Part shown: one piece after another, positions 59,119 through 64,000 of the stretch | How positions within the stretch are numbered: position 1 is the stretch's first letter | Layout: each line of letters starts with the position of its first letter | Assembly (NCBI GenBank): GCA_963682135.1 | Contig: OY821645.1 | Span: 896,001-960,000 of the forward strand | DNA from: Methanothrix sp. | GTDB taxonomy: Archaea; Halobacteriota; Methanosarcinia; Methanotrichales; Methanotrichaceae | DNA length: 64,000 nucleotides | Direction of reading: 5' to 3' | Position numbers and translations under genes: made by a program | Notes under the pieces: model-generated | The model's input: the letters and a program-made list of their open reading frames with translations, nothing else | The model's database searches: none | Told to the model about the DNA's origin: nothing

Positions 59119-62100
59119 CTGAAAGAAGAAAAATTCAATAGAACATTATTCTATGGTCGAAATGCAGCTTTTTTGCTATATGCTTTCATCGTCATATTCG
59201 GATTATTTATAACTATGTCAGATAGTACAGCTCAACTGGAAAAGGATTGGGTTTGGTCTGTAACAGCAGGAGACATTGAAGGTTATGACAAAAATTATCA
59301 ATCATATTCTTATCCCTACATGATAAATGATAGCGTAAACATATCCTGGACAATCATACCTTCTCCCAGTTCCAAAATTATCGATACAACGTTACAGGTA
59401 TACCCCAAGGATGGCGACAAATCGAAATACAAATCCTATCCAATAACTATTCCTCCGAATAAAAGTTATATGTATGTACCGTTGCTTGATAAATCTATTC
59501 TTAGCGGTATTTTAGCAAAAGATGAAAATATATATAATGTAGAGGTAAACGCCACCGCAATAGATCATTCCATTGAGAACGCAACAGATCCCAATGAATG
59601 GCACACACATAAAATAGAGATAACAGTAACAAAGGCAGGAATGCTCTTGGTTCATAAGAGTGTACCAGGATGGGATAATGCAGACCTGTCAGATTGGCGA
59701 TTCCAAATTAAAGGACCGCTCAACCAAAATCTAACTGAAAACATCCTTACAAGGACTGCAGAAAAGATTACTGATCGCACCGGGATAGTTGCCTTTACAG
59801 GACTGCGACCGGGAATGTACCGTGTTGAGGAGGCTGCAAGAGACGGCTGGAAGCAAATTCCGCCCAGGAGTGTGGAAGTAAAACCGGGGCTCATCAAGCC
59901 GGTCGGCCCGAATGAGCCAGAAGAATTCATCAATATTCCCAATACATTGACTATCGTTAAGAAGGATACCAAAGGCATTCCATTATCCGGATGGACGTTC
60001 AGGGTACAGGGATCAAAAAAGACGATAATCACAAATCCAACCGACAGCTCAGGGATCACAGTGGTCAAGGGATTGCCTTCAGGAGAGTACAATATTGAGG
60101 AATATCCCTCAAAGGAAGGGTGGAGGCAGATAAAAGTAGAGCCGGACAATCCGCTGACAATCGGATCGGGTGAGAGCAAGTCGGTCGAAATAACCAATGC
60201 CAACGTGGGATCGATAAGGATCACAAAGAAGGACTCGGAAGGGAATCCTCTTGCCGGGTGGCCTTTTGCTGTGAACGGACCGGACAGGGCCAATGTGGCT
60301 ACGGATGCATCCGGAGTGGCTGTGGCCGGCAATCTGCTCCCTGGTGAGTACACCATCACAGAGACTCTGCAATCTGGATGGATCAATATAACGGATATTG
60401 AAAGAAAAGTGACATTACAGCCCGGTGAGAATAAGCAACTAGAGCCATTTATCAATGCGAAGATAGTTCCCCTGACCATTGTTAAATTTGACGATGCTAA
60501 TAGAAACGGACAACTGGACAGGGATGCAAGCGGATCGCCCATTGAGGACGGCCTATCCGGCTGGACATTTGTGGTAGAGGGGCCAAAGGGATTCAGCACC
60601 AGAGTTGGACCGACTGATGCCGATGGAATCGCAGCCATAGATCTCACGCCGGGAGAGTACAGGGTCACAGAGGAGATTTCCTCGTCCAGCAAGCCCGGAT
60701 GGATTTGCACTACAGGAAATCCGCAGACCATCAAGGTATCCCGCAGTGCTGCCAATAGGGTTGAATTCGGCAACAAGGTAAACAGGCTCACTGTGATTTC
60801 CTTCAATGACAGCAGCATGAATGAAAAGAAAGAAGACACTGAAAACGGTTTGGTGGGATGGACCTTCGTCCTGAGAGGACCCGCAGAAGCTGGCAACCCT
60901 GCAAGAGTAACCGTTGGGCCAACCGGACCTGATGGCAAAGCAGCAGTAGATGGATTGATGCCAGGATCATACGTAGTCACTGAAAATCTACTGGGCGGCT
61001 GGATAAATACTACTCCGATCTCAATGTCTGTCCAGATTTCCGCGGGAGAGGGCAGACAGGTGGAATTTGGCAATATCAAGCCGAGCAGGATCGAGATCTT
61101 AAAGTTAAATGATACCAATAAGAATGGTAATCGTGACGATGGAGAGAATGGCGTCCCCGGATGGACTTTCGATGTTGCCGGGCCTGATGGATTCGCCGTT
61201 ACCACAGATCCAACCAACGGAGATGGAATTACTGTCCTCCAGGGACTTCTCCCGGGAACGTATACCATAGCTGAGCCTCAGGTTGACCGCTGGCTGAATA
61301 TCACACCCCGCATAAAGAGGGTAGCGATCGGATTTGGAGATAACCAAAGGGTCACCTTTGCAAATTACTATTGCCAGAGATGCCACAGGATCAATGATAA
61401 GCCTAAGCCGAACACCAGCATTGACTTGAATCTGGAAGTGACCAAAGATGTCAGCAGCATCTCCGTGGAGAACATAGACAAAAACGGAATTGCTGTGAAC
61501 TACAACATCAAGCTCTGTCCATCAAGTGGCCTTGAGGTGATTCCGGCCAATCCGACGGATATCGTAATCGCAGTAGACAACTCAAGAAGCCTGAGCAATC
61601 TCAGTGAGTTGGCAACATTGGGTGTGTCAAATCTGGTAGATGGAATAACCCGGAACGATAAACAGAAGATTACCAGATTGGGGCTTGTCTCATGGAGCGA
61701 TAAGGACTTCAGCAAGACCGTGGTGCCTCTGACAAACGATTACAGCAAAGTGACATCGTCTGCCAATGGCATTATCTTCCCTGAGGGCAATTACACCGAC
61801 TTCCAGGCAGGAATCGATTCTGCTCTCCGGCCATTCCAGGAGGCAAAATCAGATTCAAGCCGGACAAAGAAGATCGTGTTCATCACCGATGCCAACGATA
61901 GCGGATACATAGCACCTTCCACTATGCCGGAACGTGATTATGCAATTTATGCAATCGTTGTAGGAAACTACGAGGGCAAAGAGCCATCTGAGATGCTCGA
62001 TAAGCTCACAAGGGACCATCAGGGATACATAAGATCCATAAACAACATATCTGAGCTGCAGAATGCACTCGTCCAGATGGCGACAGCCAGACCGAACATC

Positions 62101-62532
62101 CGGAATGTGCATCTGGTCGAGACCCTGCCCAACTATCTGATCCTGAATAACAGCACTGTAGCAGACGATTCAGGCAGGATAAGGCTCAACGAAGACAGCA
62201 GAGAATGGCCTACTACTACCATCTCCTGGAATGTGGGCGATCTCTCTGAATGCTGGAGCACGACATTCGAAGCCTTCTTCTGCTGGAAGCTGCCTGCGGA
62301 TATGAATCAGCAAGCTGTGACATCGTTCGTCAATTACACGGATGATAAGGGAGTTGAGAGGACAATTCCGCTGCCGGAGTATGAGATCAATATTGTGAAG
62401 GCTTCGGGACAGAAGTCCCAGCCGGAGCCGATCACAACGGAAGAAAAGAAGCAGCAGCCGGGATTCGAGGCATTGTTCGCGGCGATAGGCCTGTGCATTG
62501 CAGGTTACCTCAATCGCCGGAGGGATTCCTGA
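59119..62532 (+). CDS. Cell-surface adhesin: CnaB/SdrD-B repeats, vWA domain, PGF-CTERM (probable CTG start)
   Basis: Six GW.F.V.GP...TD..G...L.PG.Y.V.E repeats; DNSRS/T/D MIDAS; QPGFEALFAAIGL...RRR archaeosortase signal. Confidence 0.88.
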   Translation: MKEEKFNRTLFYGRNAAFLLYAFIVIFGLFITMSDSTAQLEKDWVWSVTAGDIEGYDKNYQSYSYPYMINDSVNISWTIIPSPSSKIIDTTLQVYPKDGDKSKYKSYPITIPPNKSYMYVPLLDKSILSGILAKDENIYNVEVNATAIDHSIENATDPNEWHTHKIEITVTKAGMLLVHKSVPGWDNADLSDWRFQIKGPLNQNLTENILTRTAEKITDRTGIVAFTGLRPGMYRVEEAARDGWKQIPPRSVEVKPGLIKPVGPNEPEEFINIPNTLTIVKKDTKGIPLSGWTFRVQGSKKTIITNPTDSSGITVVKGLPSGEYNIEEYPSKEGWRQIKVEPDNPLTIGSGESKSVEITNANVGSIRITKKDSEGNPLAGWPFAVNGPDRANVATDASGVAVAGNLLPGEYTITETLQSGWINITDIERKVTLQPGENKQLEPFINAKIVPLTIVKFDDANRNGQLDRDASGSPIEDGLSGWTFVVEGPKGFSTRVGPTDADGIAAIDLTPGEYRVTEEISSSSKPGWICTTGNPQTIKVSRSAANRVEFGNKVNRLTVISFNDSSMNEKKEDTENGLVGWTFVLRGPAEAGNPARVTVGPTGPDGKAAVDGLMPGSYVVTENLLGGWINTTPISMSVQISAGEGRQVEFGNIKPSRIEILKLNDTNKNGNRDDGENGVPGWTFDVAGPDGFAVTTDPTNGDGITVLQGLLPGTYTIAEPQVDRWLNITPRIKRVAIGFGDNQRVTFANYYCQRCHRINDKPKPNTSIDLNLEVTKDVSSISVENIDKNGIAVNYNIKLCPSSGLEVIPANPTDIVIAVDNSRSLSNLSELATLGVSNLVDGITRNDKQKITRLGLVSWSDKDFSKTVVPLTNDYSKVTSSANGIIFPEGNYTDFQAGIDSALRPFQEAKSDSSRTKKIVFITDANDSGYIAPSTMPERDYAIYAIVVGNYEGKEPSEMLDKLTRDHQGYIRSINNISELQNALVQMATARPNIRNVHLVETLPNYLILNNSTVADDSGRIRLNEDSREWPTTTISWNVGDLSECWSTTFEAFFCWKLPADMNQQAVTSFVNYTDDKGVERTIPLPEYEINIVKASGQKSQPEPITTEEKKQQPGFEALFAAIGLCIAGYLNRRRDS

Positions 62533-62537
62533 GATTG

Positions 62538-62567
62538 ATGGGACAGGGGTCCCATTATGCCTTTTTT
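62538..62567. terminator. Hairpin plus T/A tracts between convergent genes
   Basis: ATGGGAC-AGGG-GTCCCAT then TTTTTT. Confidence 0.5.
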
Positions 62568-62600
62568 AAAAAGCAAATAAAAAAATATAAATTATATTTT

Positions 62601-63746
62601 TTAGCTTTCCAGCACTCGGCTAGCAGCTTCCACTCCAGCGCCGCATGAGGCAATCTTGCCCTCCTTGGCCAGGATCAGCTCCAGGGTCTGGATGGTTCGC
62701 AGTATGTCGCCGGAGGAGCACATGCCCATGGTGCCGATGCGAAAGATCTTGCCCTTGATAAGGTCCTGTCCGCCGGATACGATTACACCCCGCTTTTTCA
62801 TGCCGCCGCGCAGCTTGTCGTCCGTGACACCTTCAGGCATCTTCATGGCGGTGACGGTATTGGAGTAGTTGGTGTGCTCATTGACCTGGGGGTATAGCTC
62901 GATTCCCAGAGCTTTAGCAGCGGAGCGAACCGACTGCGCCTGCTTGGCAGTTCTGGCCCGGCGAGCGGCAAAGCCTTCATCGGCAGCCATGTGCAGGGAC
63001 TCTTGCATGGCGAAGAATAGCGACACGGCCGGAGTGAACGGTGTCTGTGGCTGGCTCTTTCGCACGCTTTTCAGATGGGCCTTCAGATCTGAGTAATAGC
63101 TGGCGCTCTTGGGCAAGAAACGCTCCTCTGCCATCGGTGAGGTGGAAACCACGGCTAAGCCCGGTGGTACGGCCAGAGCCTTCTGCGAGCCGGTTATGGC
63201 AATATCTATGCCCCACTCATCGGTGAGAAACTCATTGCCGCCGATAGAGGATATGCCGTCTACGATAAAGACTGCATCATGCTTCCTGGCGAGCTTGCCT
63301 ACCTCTTTGGCGGGATTGGTAAGCCCCACAGAGGTCTCATTGTGAACCATAGCCACGGCCTTGGCACCTTCCTCCAGCGCAGCCTCTACCTTGTCAAGGT
63401 CGAAGGGAGTGCCCCATTCGAACTTCACAGGAATGACTTTGCCGTATCTCTCGCCAATCTCGGTGAACCGCTCGCCGAATTTGCCGTTGGATATGGTTAC
63501 GATCTTATCATCATGGCCGATGAGACCGGCAACGGCTGCATCCATGCCTACCGTGCCGCTGCCTGTCATTACTACGATATCGTTCTTGGTCTCGAAGAAC
63601 TGCTTGAGTAGTCCGCAGCAGTCACTGTAAATCGTGCTAAAGTCACCGCTTCGGTGGCTGATCATAGGCTTGGACAGGGCGCGCAGAACGCGAGGCGCGA
63701 CCTTGACCGGCCCTGGAATCATGAGCAATGTATCCTCTATATCCAT
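62601..63746 (-). CDS. Class V PLP-dependent aminotransferase
   Basis: LLMIPGP, HNETS, VDGISS, GSQKAL, FRIGTMG. Confidence 0.92.
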   Translation of the reverse strand: MDIEDTLLMIPGPVKVAPRVLRALSKPMISHRSGDFSTIYSDCCGLLKQFFETKNDIVVMTGSGTVGMDAAVAGLIGHDDKIVTISNGKFGERFTEIGERYGKVIPVKFEWGTPFDLDKVEAALEEGAKAVAMVHNETSVGLTNPAKEVGKLARKHDAVFIVDGISSIGGNEFLTDEWGIDIAITGSQKALAVPPGLAVVSTSPMAEERFLPKSASYYSDLKAHLKSVRKSQPQTPFTPAVSLFFAMQESLHMAADEGFAARRARTAKQAQSVRSAAKALGIELYPQVNEHTNYSNTVTAMKMPEGVTDDKLRGGMKKRGVIVSGGQDLIKGKIFRIGTMGMCSSGDILRTIQTLELILAKEGKIASCGAGVEAASRVLES

Positions 63747-63785
63747 GAGATCCCTTCTTCTTTGCGCTTCTTAGTTTCGGGCGGC

Positions 63786-64000
63786 CTATATAAAACTAGC
63801 TTTTATGCGCTGCGCCGTCGTCCAGCTATGTCTGGCGCATGGCGGAAGCTGCCGTTTTTCCTTCACCCATTCCGTCAGGAAATTTATGGTATCCCTATCG
63901 TGGGGATAACCGCTGCCAATCCTGCAATGCATGGCCTCTTCCAGCTCTCTCATTGATGCATCCCGACGCACCTTGGCCAGTATGGAAGCTGCTGAGACAA
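63786..64000 (-). CDS. rnhB: Ribonuclease HII, 3' part (gene runs off the window)
   Basis: VSAASILAKVRRD...IGSGYPHD...RHSWTT. Confidence 0.88.
   Translation of the reverse strand, partial: VSAASILAKVRRDASMRELEEAMHCRIGSGYPHDRDTINFLTEWVKEKRQLPPCARHSWTTAQRIKASFI

Noticed and set aside
59652-61268. 538-aa minus-strand ORF, and likewise 54808-55953 on the plus strand
   Set aside because: Antisense shadows of real surface-protein genes with no recognisable motifs

Overview
Archaeal chromosome segment, very probably from Methanothrix (Methanosaeta) or a close Methanosarcinales relative, judged from gene content, the PGF-CTERM protein and frequent non-ATG starts. From left to right it holds: (1) a redox/copper cluster (glutaredoxin, FTR-rubredoxin fusion, CopA, YHS, disulfide oxidoreductase, rubredoxin, FprA); (2) a hybrid kinase, pyrF and trmY; (3) a ~7 kb accessory island between trmY and pus10, with a tyrosine integrase split by an IS630 that is itself split by an IS5, plus a NotI-like/Dam-like R-M pair; (4) the pus10-rpl21e-rpo4-DUF655-rsmA operon, modA, an aldehyde dehydrogenase, a second hybrid kinase and serB; (5) the rps19e to ftsY operon; (6) a stack of cargo cassettes (TPR, DUF6978+DUF1828/1829-like, small antitoxin+GNAT) separated by divergent copies of the ftsY 3' end and by a 118-bp direct repeat; (7) aroA'-type aldolase, HesB, CcdA/thioredoxin and a catalase remnant; (8) a ~14.5 kb cell-surface locus in which a divergent CetZ/tubulin-like GTPase is translationally coupled to membrane and repeat-rich secreted proteins, opposite a CnaB/vWA/PGF-CTERM adhesin; (9) a class V aminotransferase and the rnhB 3' end. 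The two best candidates for undescribed systems are the CetZ-like surface locus and the ftsY-anchored cassette stack. All family calls come from reading motifs; no database searches were run.
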